From positions 2,129-66,128 of the forward strand of contig JBNKCL010000008.1 in NCBI GenBank assembly GCA_050287725.1: a stretch of 64,000 nucleotides of DNA, read 5' to 3'. A program made the position numbers and the translations under genes. Positions 37,170-47,114 of this stretch are shown piece by piece (position 1 is the first letter of the stretch; each line of letters starts with the position of its first letter). This DNA comes from Sedimenticolaceae bacterium (GTDB lineage Bacteria > Pseudomonadota > Gammaproteobacteria > Chromatiales > Chromatiaceae). The notes beneath the pieces are model-generated. The model saw only the letters and a program-made list of their open reading frames with translations, was not told where the DNA came from and searched no databases.

Positions 37170-37820
37170 TCAGGCCGCCTTACAGCGCCTGGCGAAATAG
37201 ATCCGATCCGCCTTGCAGAGAGGACAGGCACCGGGTGGTTTTTTGCCCCGATGCACGTGCCCGCACACCTCACACACCCACTCCTCTTCCTGCTCACTGG
37301 CGAAGAAACCGTCCTGTTCCAATAGCTGCAACAGTTCCAGGTACTCCGCCTCGTGCTCCACCTCAACCCGGCCGATGGCAGTGAGCAGCTTGGCGATCTC
37401 CGGATGCCCCTCCTCCTTGGCGATGGCCGCGAAGTCGGGATACATGGTGGTATGTTCATAGTTCTCGCCGGCCGCCGCGTACTGCAAATTGGAAGCCGTC
37501 GTATCCAGCTCGAACCCGTGCACCAACCGGTTGTAGGCCTTGAACTCCTCAAAGGCGTGGTATTTCTCGTTGTCCGCCGCCTGCTGAAAAAAGTCCGCGA
37601 TCTTGTGTAACCCCTCTTCCGCCGCCATTTCGGCGAAAAACTCATACTTATTGCGTGCCTGCGACTCCCCGGCAAACGCCTTCATCAGATTGATCGCCGT
37701 GACCTCCTCGCTCACCAGAGCCATGGCCTGTCCGCAGCAGCTGAGCGTGCCGCCACCCACGGACTGCACCTCGACTACGTTGCCGCACTTTTCGCAACGA
37801 TAACTTTGATACGGTTTCAT
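37170..37820 (-). CDS. desulforubrerythrin-type rubrerythrin (desulforedoxin-like N-domain + diiron four-helix bundle + C-terminal rubredoxin-like domain)
   Basis: ATG at 37820. N-terminus YRCEKCGNVVEV...LSCCGQAM (Dx-type). ExxH diiron ligand regions (EEGH, EVEHE). C-terminus CEVCGHV...CPLCKA. Confidence 0.8.
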   Translation of the reverse strand: MKPYQSYRCEKCGNVVEVQSVGGGTLSCCGQAMALVSEEVTAINLMKAFAGESQARNKYEFFAEMAAEEGLHKIADFFQQAADNEKYHAFEEFKAYNRLVHGFELDTTASNLQYAAAGENYEHTTMYPDFAAIAKEEGHPEIAKLLTAIGRVEVEHEAEYLELLQLLEQDGFFASEQEEEWVCEVCGHVHRGKKPPGACPLCKADRIYFARRCKAA

Positions 37821-37824
37821 GCGT

Positions 37825-38331
37825 TTACCTTTTGAATTGTTCGATGAATTCGTGGATATCGTCGTACAGCGCCTGGAGATCCTCTTCGTGCTCCACCTCG
37901 TCGGCCAGGATCTGTGAGGCCATATCGTAGGTGACGATGTCCTTGTCACGGGTGGTCTCGATCAGTTGCGAGTAGACCTCGATGGCGCACTGTTCGCCCT
38001 TGATCGCCTGCTCCAGCACCTTGACCACATCGGGATCCTCCGGCGCTTCATAGCCGCAATTCGCATATTTCATCCAATCCTTCGGGTGCAGCACCGGGGT
38101 ACCCCCCAGCTGAACGATGCGGGTGGTGAGCATGGTGGCATGGCGTAATTCGTCGGCCGCATGCTGATCCAACTCGGTAATGGCGGCATCCTTCATCACC
38201 CCCTTCACCACCTTGGCCTCAATAAAATACTGGTAATAAGCCAGCCATTCGTCGCTGTAGGCTTTATTGAGCAACGAAAGCACCTGCTCCGCCTCGATCC
38301 CACGTAGAATTGAAATGCCTTTTTTTGCCAT
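37825..38331 (-). CDS. ferritin-like (bacterioferritin/Dps-like) protein
   Basis: 168 aa. DELRH and DEVEHE ferroxidase-type ligand motifs. Only 4 nt upstream of the rubrerythrin gene. Confidence 0.75.
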   Translation of the reverse strand: MAKKGISILRGIEAEQVLSLLNKAYSDEWLAYYQYFIEAKVVKGVMKDAAITELDQHAADELRHATMLTTRIVQLGGTPVLHPKDWMKYANCGYEAPEDPDVVKVLEQAIKGEQCAIEVYSQLIETTRDKDIVTYDMASQILADEVEHEEDLQALYDDIHEFIEQFKR

Positions 38332-38397
38332 GCTGATTCTCCTGTTACATATCTACTGAAAAAGGGGAGGCGTTACACCGTAAAGCCGCCGTTTAAA

Positions 38398-38814
38398 TCA
38401 ATTGTCGGATCGGTTCTGACACAACGCACATACGCCGTATATGATTACCTGCTTCCGCTCGGCCAAAAAATCCGGCTGTTTTCCAAATCGCCTCGGCAAC
38501 GCATCCAGATCCATTTCCTCATCTTCGATCCTGCCGCAGCGACGGCAGATCAGATGCAGATGCTCCGGTTTCGCGATTTCATAAGCGGTGCGCTTCGCCG
38601 ACACCGGCACCTCCACCAACACTCCGCTCTTCACCATCATCTGAACATTGTTGTAGATGGTAGTGAGCGAGATGGAGGGTAGCGTCTGTTCCACCCGTTT
38701 CGCCAACTCCTCAATGGTGGCATGACCCAACTCCTCCGTGGCAGCCAGGATCGCGCGGCGCTGCCGGGTGGCCTTGAGGCCGTCGTCCCGCAAAAGTGTA
38801 GTGAGTTTTGGCAT
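38398..38814 (-). CDS. Fur-family transcriptional regulator (PerR-like by context)
   Basis: 138 aa. Winged-helix N-terminus. CRRCGRI and CALC metal-site cysteines. Heads a string of peroxide and metal genes. Confidence 0.8.
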   Translation of the reverse strand: MPKLTTLLRDDGLKATRQRRAILAATEELGHATIEELAKRVEQTLPSISLTTIYNNVQMMVKSGVLVEVPVSAKRTAYEIAKPEHLHLICRRCGRIEDEEMDLDALPRRFGKQPDFLAERKQVIIYGVCALCQNRSDN

Positions 38815-38870
38815 TACGAGATTTCTGGAATGGATCTCGAAGACTATACTCTAAATAACAATTTTTACAA

Positions 38871-38886
38871 ATTGATAAAAATCATT
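38871..38886. promoter_or_regulatory. candidate Fur/PerR-type box
   Basis: ATTGAT-AAAA-ATCATT imperfect inverted repeat (5 of 6 positions match), about 60 nt upstream of the fur-family start, in an AT-rich divergent promoter region. Confidence 0.3.
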
Positions 38887-38994
38887 CCTCCGCCCTCCGC
38901 TCCGGCCATAGCCCGCCCCGCAGGGGATTACTTGAGTGAACCGGGACGCTGCCCTTATAGTGGCCCCTGATTTTGACTCACCGCAGGCCACGCC

Positions 38995-39558
38995 ATGTCC
39001 GAACCGCTTCTCTGCAGCGCCTCGCAATCCCAACTCCTGATCATTGATATCCAGGAACGCCTGGTCGCCGCCATGCCGGAAACGGCACGCGATGAGACGC
39101 TTTCCCGAACCGGACGGTTGTTGCAGGGCGCGGCGCTCCTGGGGGTCCCGACGATTCTCACCGAACAGTACCCTCAGGGTCTGGGGGCAACGGAAGCCAC
39201 GGTAAAGCAACGGCTTCCCGGCGACTCCCGACGATTTGAAAAGACCAGTTTCTCCTGCTGCGATGCGGCCGGGTTCTGTGAAACCGGGCTTGTGGCCGAA
39301 CGCGATCAAGTGGTGATTGCCGGGATGGAGACCCATGTCTGCGTGTTGCAGACCGCCTTCGATCTGCAGCGACGCGGCTATCGGGTATTCGTGGTGGAGG
39401 ACGCGGTCTGCTCCCGCTCGGCCGACCACAAGCGCAACGCCCTGGAGCGGATGCGCCAGACCGGTATCCAGATCGCCAACAGCGAGTCGGTGCTGTTCGA
39501 GTGGCTGCGGGACTCAACGCACGAGCAATTCCGGGCGATCTCCAAGCTGGTCCGGTAA
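38995..39558 (+). CDS. isochorismatase-family hydrolase
   Basis: LLIIDIQERL, GMETHVCVLQTA and FVVEDAVCSRS motifs. 187 aa. Confidence 0.8.
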   Translation: MSEPLLCSASQSQLLIIDIQERLVAAMPETARDETLSRTGRLLQGAALLGVPTILTEQYPQGLGATEATVKQRLPGDSRRFEKTSFSCCDAAGFCETGLVAERDQVVIAGMETHVCVLQTAFDLQRRGYRVFVVEDAVCSRSADHKRNALERMRQTGIQIANSESVLFEWLRDSTHEQFRAISKLVR

Positions 39559-39597
39559 GCAGCGGAGGTACCCCGGGACGCGCCTTCTGCAGGGCAT

Positions 39598-39668
39598 AAA
39601 AAAGGGCCCGTTCCCACCGGAACGAGCCCTGGCGCCTTGCTTCGGCGCGGGAGGGAAGGATCCCTCCC
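39598..39668 (-). terminator. minus-strand intrinsic terminator preceded by two further hairpins
   Basis: On the minus strand: GGGAGGGA-tcct-TCCCTCCC, then GCGCC-gaagcaa-GGCGC, then GGGCTCGTTCC-ggtg-GGAACGGGCCC followed by TTTTTT. No annotated minus-strand gene ends here. Confidence 0.5.
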
Positions 39669-39786
39669 TAACGGGGAGTCTCTCATCGAAACAAGAAGCA
39701 AACATGCGCTTCTGGTTCAATTTATCGGCCATCAGGACAAAAACTGTAGGGCTTTCGTCACAAATACGCAGTATGGGGTCGGCAAA

Positions 39787-39990
39787 GTGAATGAGGAAAT
39801 CGTAGAACTGCAAAGCCGGTTGGCGTTTCAGGAGGACCTCTTGCAGGAACTCAACGGCACCCTGGCCCGGCAACAGCAAGAGATCCGGGAGCTACGGCTG
39901 GAACTGGAGGTGGTGCGGAGAGAACTGCGCAACCTCTCCACAGCGGCCGGCCCCTCCCCGGAACAGGAACCCCCGCCACCGCACTATTAA
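39787..39990 (+). CDS. slyX: SlyX-family coiled-coil protein
   Basis: GTG start. VNEEIVELQSRLAFQEDLLQELNGTLARQQQEI matches the conserved SlyX N-terminal pattern. 67 aa. Confidence 0.7.
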   Translation: MNEEIVELQSRLAFQEDLLQELNGTLARQQQEIRELRLELEVVRRELRNLSTAAGPSPEQEPPPPHY

Positions 39991-40024
39991 GCAGGCGAAG
40001 GGCCGCTGGAATCCGCCGAATCGC

Positions 40025-40699
40025 TCAGCCGAAGGAATTGGTTTCCTTGCTCAGTCCGACGGTCTTCACCCGCATCTCGTTCTTGCTCTTGAGGGCCTGG
40101 ATCAGACCGTCGATACCACCGCGCCGGATCTCCTGATTGAAGTTGGTGCGATAGTTGGTCACCAGGCTGACCCCCTCGATCTTCACATTAAAGACCTTCC
40201 ATCCCTGATCGTCGTGGTGCATCCGATAGAGCACTTCCACCGGCTGCCCCCCGGACCGCAGCACCTTGATTCGCACCTGAGCCATTTCCTCGTTATCGTG
40301 CTGTTGTAACGGGAAGTGCTGGATTTCCCAATCATTGAACTCGCTGAACGCGGTAGCGTACGTCCGAACCAGGAGCCGCTTGAACTGTTCGGTAAACTCG
40401 GCGCGCTGGTCGGGATTGGCCCGCTGCCAATGTTTCCCCAGCACCAGGGCCGAAACCCGTCCGAAATCGATGTGGGGGGCCAGCACCTCGTTCGCCAGCC
40501 GATAGGCATACTCCGGATCACTCCGCAGCCGTTCCCGATCCCGGCGCAGCAGGGTCTTGAGTTGATCGGAGATGTCCTGAATCACCGCCTGCGGCTCACT
40601 CAGCCCCTCGCCCGCCCCGGCAGAGAGAACCGGCACCAACCCGAGTAATCCCACGATCACGGAGAGGAGAACCCCTTTCCTGAAAATTGGCAGCACCAT
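40025..40699 (-). CDS. MlaC/Ttg2D-family periplasmic phospholipid-binding protein
   Basis: Signal peptide from the ATG at 40699. FGRVSALVLGKHWQ and LLVRTYA motifs typical of the toluene-tolerance Ttg2D family. Confidence 0.8.
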   Translation of the reverse strand: MVLPIFRKGVLLSVIVGLLGLVPVLSAGAGEGLSEPQAVIQDISDQLKTLLRRDRERLRSDPEYAYRLANEVLAPHIDFGRVSALVLGKHWQRANPDQRAEFTEQFKRLLVRTYATAFSEFNDWEIQHFPLQQHDNEEMAQVRIKVLRSGGQPVEVLYRMHHDDQGWKVFNVKIEGVSLVTNYRTNFNQEIRRGGIDGLIQALKSKNEMRVKTVGLSKETNSFG

Positions 40700-40782
40700 C
40701 GTTCGCGCTCCTTTGTATTTGTTTGCCAATGTAGCGGTCCGGACCGAAATTTCTTGACCCACTTCACACATTGGCCATCCGC

Positions 40783-41139
40783 TCAGGCCAAATACGGCCC
40801 CGCCTCCTGCTCCAGCCAGTCACGAATCCAGTGCACCGGACGGGTCCCTGAAAACCGGCTTATCTCTTCACCTTGATGAAACAGCATCACGGTGGGAAAT
40901 CCCCGTAACCGGTAGCGCCCCGCCAGGCGCATATTGTCGTCCACCTCCACCTTGGCCAACAATATTCCGCCCTCGTACTCTCGGACCGCCTGTTTCAAGG
41001 CAGGTTCCAAGGAAATACAAGGGGCACACCACTCGGCCCAGAAATCCACCAGCACCGGCCGCCGCCCGGAGGCGGCCAGCACCTGCTCGGGAAAACCGGC
41101 CTCGTCCACGTCGAAGATGTAGGGGAGTTCGTGTCTCAT
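40783..41139 (-). CDS. thioredoxin
   Basis: VLVDFWAEWCAPC active site. 118 aa from the ATG at 41139. Confidence 0.85.
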   Translation of the reverse strand: MRHELPYIFDVDEAGFPEQVLAASGRRPVLVDFWAEWCAPCISLEPALKQAVREYEGGILLAKVEVDDNMRLAGRYRLRGFPTVMLFHQGEEISRFSGTRPVHWIRDWLEQEAGPYLA

Positions 41140-41178
41140 TACGGGTTCCGCTGAAAACCGGCCGACGTTGTAACCTAA

Positions 41179-42288
<1,110 letters not shown>

Positions 42289-42328
42289 GGAAGACCGTAG
42301 ACAGGGTCGTCTACCGTCTGCCGAAATT

Positions 42329-43141
42329 ATGACCGACAGATACGCCGTCATCGGCAACCCCATCGAACACAGCCGCTCCCCCGAGATCCACGCCGCGTTC
42401 GCGCGCCAGACCGGGCAGGACCTGGTCTACGACCGCATCCTGGGTACCGATTTCGAACAGGATGCGCAGGCGTTCTTCGCCGGCGGCGGCAAAGGACTCA
42501 ACATCACCGTTCCGTTTAAAGAGCAGGCATGGGCGCTGGCGGACGCACGCAGTCCGGAAGCGGATGCCGCCGGTGCGGTGAACACCCTGACCCGGCTGCC
42601 GGACGGCCGCCTGCGGGGGGACAACACCGACGGACCGGGGTTGATCCGCGACCTCACCACCAACCACGGCTGCCGACTGGCCGACAGCGAGATTCTGCTG
42701 CTGGGCGCCGGCGGGGCGGTCCGCGGGGTACTGCGTCCGCTGCTGGAAGAGCGGCCGGCGCGTCTGTTGATCGCTAACCGCACCGCCGCCAAGGCCGTCG
42801 CGCTGGCGGAGAAAGCTGCCACCCTTGGCCCGGTGGCGGGGTGCGGTCTGGACGAACTGGAGGGGCAACAGTTCGATTTCATCATCAACGGCACCGCCGC
42901 GGGTCTGGCGGGGGCCGTCCCGATGCTACCGGCCGGTATCCTGAAAACCGCCGGCTGGGTATACGACATGCTGTACGGCACAGAACCGACCCCGTTCGTG
43001 CTTTGGGGCCGGGAGCAGGGGGCGGCCGAGGCGCTGGACGGACTGGGTATGCTGGTGGAGCAGGCGGCCGAGGCGTTCCTGCTCTGGCGCGGCGTACGTC
43101 CCGACACCGCGCCGGTAATTCGGATGCTGCGAGAAGGCTGA
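42329..43141 (+). CDS. aroE: shikimate dehydrogenase
   Basis: YAVIGNPIEHSRSP, NITVPFK, GDNTDG and LGAGGA motifs. Confidence 0.9.
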   Translation: MTDRYAVIGNPIEHSRSPEIHAAFARQTGQDLVYDRILGTDFEQDAQAFFAGGGKGLNITVPFKEQAWALADARSPEADAAGAVNTLTRLPDGRLRGDNTDGPGLIRDLTTNHGCRLADSEILLLGAGGAVRGVLRPLLEERPARLLIANRTAAKAVALAEKAATLGPVAGCGLDELEGQQFDFIINGTAAGLAGAVPMLPAGILKTAGWVYDMLYGTEPTPFVLWGREQGAAEALDGLGMLVEQAAEAFLLWRGVRPDTAPVIRMLREG

Positions 43142-43147
43142 CGCCGC

Positions 43148-43684
43148 TTATTCCATATCCCGATACTGCTCCGCCAGCTTGACATAGTTACCGGCCACAT
43201 AGGTCAGAAACGCCCGCTCCTGGTCGCTGATCGGCCGCACCTTCTTGACCGGCGATCCGTGATACAGGTGACCGCTCTCCAGGACCTTGCCGCCCGGCAC
43301 CAGGCTGCCGGCGCCCAGAATCACCTCGGACTCCAGCACCGCGCCATCCAGCACCACCGATCCCATTCCGATCAGGCAACGATCGCCGATGGTACAACCG
43401 TGCAACATCACCTTATGACCAACGGTGACATCGTCGCCGATCACCACCGGGAATCCGCCGGGGTTGAATTCGCTGTCGTGGGTCACATGGATCACGCTGG
43501 CGTCCTGGATGTTGCTGCGGGCTCCTATTTTGATGGAGTGGATATCCCCGCGGATCACGCACAGCGGCCAAATCGAGGTTTTGGCGCCGATCTCCACCTC
43601 GCCGATGATGACCGCGGATTGGTCGACCCAGGCGTCGGCGGCGATGTGTGGGTGAAGATCCTGAAACGAGCGGATATTCGGCAT
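43148..43684 (-). CDS. gamma-carbonic-anhydrase-like hexapeptide-repeat protein (YrdA/PaaY family)
   Basis: 178 aa left-handed beta-helix repeats. IRGD...IKIGARSNIQD and VGH motifs. Confidence 0.85.
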   Translation of the reverse strand: MPNIRSFQDLHPHIAADAWVDQSAVIIGEVEIGAKTSIWPLCVIRGDIHSIKIGARSNIQDASVIHVTHDSEFNPGGFPVVIGDDVTVGHKVMLHGCTIGDRCLIGMGSVVLDGAVLESEVILGAGSLVPGGKVLESGHLYHGSPVKKVRPISDQERAFLTYVAGNYVKLAEQYRDME

Positions 43685-43773
43685 AAAACGACTCCTGATA
43701 AACGCGGCGGTATCCCGAGAATCCCCCGCTCTGGTGCTATACTGGCCTGAACCCAGTGTAATGGAGTTTGACC

Positions 43774-44346
43774 ATGGAGATCACTACCTTCATTTTCCTC
43801 GGGGCGCTGGTCGCGGTTTTTTTGTACGCCATCGTCCTTTACAACAATCTGGTCCGGCTGAAGCACGCCGTCAGCAAAGCGTGGGCCAACATCGATGTGC
43901 TGTTGAAACAGCGCCATGACGAGCTGCCGAAACTGGTGGAGACCTGCAAGCAGTACATGCAGTACGAGCAGGCAACCCTGGAGAAAGTGATGCACGCACG
44001 GGCCGCCGTATCGGCCGCCCGCGAAAAAGGCGACGTGGGGGCACTGGGGGCCGCCGAAGGGCAACTCCGACTGGGATTGGGCAATCTGTTTGCGGTGGCC
44101 GAGGCCTACCCCGATCTCAAGGCCAACGAGACCTTCCAGCATCTGCAACTGCGCATCACCGGCCTGGAAAACAGTATCGCCGACCGGCGCGAGTTCTATA
44201 ACGAAAGCGTCAATAACAACAACGTCCGCATCGAACAGTTCCCGGATGTCATCCTGGCCCGCATGTTCAACTTCAAAGCGGCGGATCTGCTGGAGTTCGA
44301 AGAGGAAGAGAAGCGGGACGTGGACGTTAAAGCTTTGTTCGGCTGA
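43774..44346 (+). CDS. lemA: LemA family protein
   Basis: N-terminal TM, then YNNLVRLKHAVSKAWANIDVLLKQRHDELP and ENSIADRREFYNESV, typical of LemA. Confidence 0.9.
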   Translation: MEITTFIFLGALVAVFLYAIVLYNNLVRLKHAVSKAWANIDVLLKQRHDELPKLVETCKQYMQYEQATLEKVMHARAAVSAAREKGDVGALGAAEGQLRLGLGNLFAVAEAYPDLKANETFQHLQLRITGLENSIADRREFYNESVNNNNVRIEQFPDVILARMFNFKAADLLEFEEEEKRDVDVKALFG

Positions 44347-44354
44347 GTGCTTTC

Positions 44355-45257
44355 ATGTGGGACTACTTCGCCGCCCTGCCGGCGGATGATTTCTGGTTCT
44401 GGGCGGCCGGTTCCTGTGCGGCCACCGCGGCCGGTTTTTATTTCGCCTTTCGTTCCCTGCATCGCGCCCGCATCATCGAAGACACCCCCACCGCCCGGGT
44501 CCGCTCCGCGCCGCAGGGCTATGTGGAACTGGAGGGAACCGCCGAACTGATGGACGGCGAGCCGATCATCGCCCCTCTGAGCGGACTCGAATGCTGCTGG
44601 TGGCAGTATGAGATCCACCGTAAGGGGCCCAAAGGGGGCTGGAATCTGGTGGAACAAAAGGCCAGTGACGATCTGTTCCTGCTGAAGGACGCGACCGGAA
44701 GCTGCATCATCGATCCCGAGGGAGCGGAGGTCACACCGGCGGACCGCAACGTTTGGTATGGTTCCAACCATTTTCCCGGCCGCTACGGCACTGACGGGAC
44801 CATCGGGATACTCTCCGAGTACCGCTACACCGAAAAGCATCTTTACGCCTTCCGACCGCTGTACGCCATCGGCCTGTTCCACTCGCTGGGCGACAGTTAC
44901 CACACCCAGGCGCGCGGCGAGATCGCCCGGGCGCTGCTGCGGGAATGGAAGGGCCGGCCGGAGGTGATGCGCAGCTTCGACAAGAACGGTGACGGTACGG
45001 TTGATCCCCAAGAGTGGGAGCAGGTGCGAAAAAGCGCATCAATCCAGGCGGCCAACGAATACCGGACGATACAGGCACGCCAGATCCCGCATATGCTCAG
45101 CCGCCCCCCGGACAGCCAGCAACCGTTCCTGCTCTCCACCTATCCGCAACACCGCCTGGTTCGCCGTTACCGGCTGACTGCGGTGATCGCCATCGCGGTC
45201 TTTTTCGCAGCGGGAGCCTTCGCCACCGCAATCCTGACGGCCCGTTTTTTCGCCTGA
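44355..45257 (+). CDS. GIDE-domain membrane protein with an embedded canonical EF-hand loop
   Basis: N- and C-terminal TM segments. GYVELEGTAE...PLSGLECCWWQYEI, typical of GIDE. DKNGDGTVDPQE at nt 44979-45014. Confidence 0.65.
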   Translation: MWDYFAALPADDFWFWAAGSCAATAAGFYFAFRSLHRARIIEDTPTARVRSAPQGYVELEGTAELMDGEPIIAPLSGLECCWWQYEIHRKGPKGGWNLVEQKASDDLFLLKDATGSCIIDPEGAEVTPADRNVWYGSNHFPGRYGTDGTIGILSEYRYTEKHLYAFRPLYAIGLFHSLGDSYHTQARGEIARALLREWKGRPEVMRSFDKNGDGTVDPQEWEQVRKSASIQAANEYRTIQARQIPHMLSRPPDSQQPFLLSTYPQHRLVRRYRLTAVIAIAVFFAAGAFATAILTARFFA

Positions 45258-45279
45258 TGCGCACGGCGCAGCGGTACGC

Positions 45280-45861
45280 CTAGTCCCGCTTTTCCCCCAG
45301 CATACCCTCTTTCAGTCCTTTGTCCGCCGGCGCCGCGCCCAGCCAGATCGCCAACAGCGCCCGTTTGAAATCCTCTCCCTCCACGGTCCCGAGCAGCGTG
45401 CCGTTTTTGCTGACGCGGGTCCCTTGCGAGGGGAGATACTCAATCCGGATGCGATCGCCTGTGACCGCACTCTCGCTGAACAGGGCGTTGAACTGCTTGA
45501 TGCGCGCATCGAGTTGCGCCAGCGACTCCGGCGATTGGTTTTTCTCAAAACCCTCCTGCCAGGCGGCTATCAGTTTTTCCTTGGTGACCTCTTTGTAGAG
45601 AAAATCCATCTGGACGCAAAACGGTCCGGGCTGCGCGATCACCTCAGCAGAATCGTGGCTGAGAGTTTTCAGATACAGGGAGCCTACATAGACGTCAATC
45701 CATAGTTTTTCGCGCAGACCCATACCGTTCAACTGCAGGGTCGTCCCGTCGGCGGCGACCATCTGATCCTGCACTTCGACCCCGGCCAGTTGCCCGGCCT
45801 GGGAGACCGAACAAACGGCCGTCAACATCACAAACAAAAACATGATTCTGTTCATAGCCAC
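45280..45861 (-). CDS. periplasmic chalcone-isomerase-like family protein
   Basis: Signal peptide. LQLNGMGLREKLWIDVYVGSLYL pattern typical of the bacterial CHI-like family. Confidence 0.7.
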   Translation of the reverse strand: MAMNRIMFLFVMLTAVCSVSQAGQLAGVEVQDQMVAADGTTLQLNGMGLREKLWIDVYVGSLYLKTLSHDSAEVIAQPGPFCVQMDFLYKEVTKEKLIAAWQEGFEKNQSPESLAQLDARIKQFNALFSESAVTGDRIRIEYLPSQGTRVSKNGTLLGTVEGEDFKRALLAIWLGAAPADKGLKEGMLGEKRD

Positions 45862-45906
45862 CTCGCTGTCTTGTTCTTGGGTTGTTTCCGATTGCCGATC
45901 TTAAAT

Positions 45907-47046
45907 CTAAAGACGCCTTACAATAACGCTCCCGACCGAGTATCCGGCGCCGAACGAACAAATCACACCGATATCGTCGACTGCCATATCTTTCCGGTGG
46001 TTGTGGAATGCGATGACAGACCCGGCGGAACTGGTGTTGGCATACTCGTTCAATATCACCGGCGCCTCTTCCGCATCGGCATCGCGGCCCAGCACCTTTT
46101 TCGAAATCAAGAGATTCATACTCAGATTGGCCTGGTGCAGCCACATGCGCTTCAGGTCGGCCAACTCGATCGCCTCATCGGCAAGATGCGCGGTGATTAT
46201 CTCCGCCACCAGCGGCACGACCTCTTTGAAAACCTTGCGGCCGTTCTGGCGAAACAGTTTGTCTCTGGCGCCGACACCACTCTCGTCGCAACGATTGAGA
46301 AAACCGAAATTGTTGCGGATATTGTTGGAAAACTGGGTCTTCAGCCGGGTACTGACGATTTCCCAGTTTTCATCGCTGTTGCTCCCCTCCAGCGACTCCA
46401 CCACCATGGCTGTACAGACATCGCCGAAAATGAAATGGCAATCCCGATCCTGCCACGCAACATGACCGGAACAGATCTCCGGATTGACCAGCAACACCGC
46501 TTTGGCCGAGCCGGACAAGATAGCGTCCCTGGCGGTTTGCAGCGCGAATGTGGCGGAAGAGCACGCCACGTTCATATCAAAACCGAAACCCTGAATACCC
46601 AGGGCATTCTGGATTTCGATGGAGACAGCCGGGTAGGCCCGCTGAAGATTGGAACAGGCGACGATGACGGCATCGATATCCGCGGCGCTTTTGTTGGCCT
46701 GCGCCATCGCTTCGGTCGCGGCGCGCACCGCCATCTCGCACTGAAGGGATTGCTCTTCGTCACTGCTTTCCGGAATGGATGGACATAAACGGGCAGAATC
46801 CAACACCCCGGATTTGTTCACTACATGGCGGCTTTCGATACCGGACGCCTTGTAAATGAATTCTTCGCTGGAATAGGCCAGGGGCTCCAACTCGCCGGCG
46901 GCGACCGCCTGCGCATTTTCCCGGTTGAACCGGTCCACGTACCGATTGAAGGAAGCAACCAGTTCCGCGTTACTGATGGTCTCCGGAGGGGTAAACAATC
47001 CGGTTCCGCTAATGACGACTTTTGTCGGCTGCAAAGATTGCGACAC
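45907..47046 (-). CDS. beta-ketoacyl-ACP synthase III-like condensing enzyme
   Basis: GTG start at 47046 with GGAGG 6 nt upstream. Cys-His-Asn triad contexts [17 protein letters not shown] and YANTSSAGS. Confidence 0.8.
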   Translation of the reverse strand: MSQSLQPTKVVISGTGLFTPPETISNAELVASFNRYVDRFNRENAQAVAAGELEPLAYSSEEFIYKASGIESRHVVNKSGVLDSARLCPSIPESSDEEQSLQCEMAVRAATEAMAQANKSAADIDAVIVACSNLQRAYPAVSIEIQNALGIQGFGFDMNVACSSATFALQTARDAILSGSAKAVLLVNPEICSGHVAWQDRDCHFIFGDVCTAMVVESLEGSNSDENWEIVSTRLKTQFSNNIRNNFGFLNRCDESGVGARDKLFRQNGRKVFKEVVPLVAEIITAHLADEAIELADLKRMWLHQANLSMNLLISKKVLGRDADAEEAPVILNEYANTSSAGSVIAFHNHRKDMAVDDIGVICSFGAGYSVGSVIVRRL

Positions 47047-47114
47047 AAATAACCTCCGGCCTTGGCCGAAATTCGTCGGGCAGGATGCGGCTCCTCCGCA
47101 TCCCGCCCGACCGC

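Noticed and set aside
36839-37675. 278-aa minus-strand ORF spanning the zupT/rubrerythrin junction.
   Set aside because: It is out of frame with two genes that have clear family signatures. Its translation is Arg/Ser/Pro-rich.
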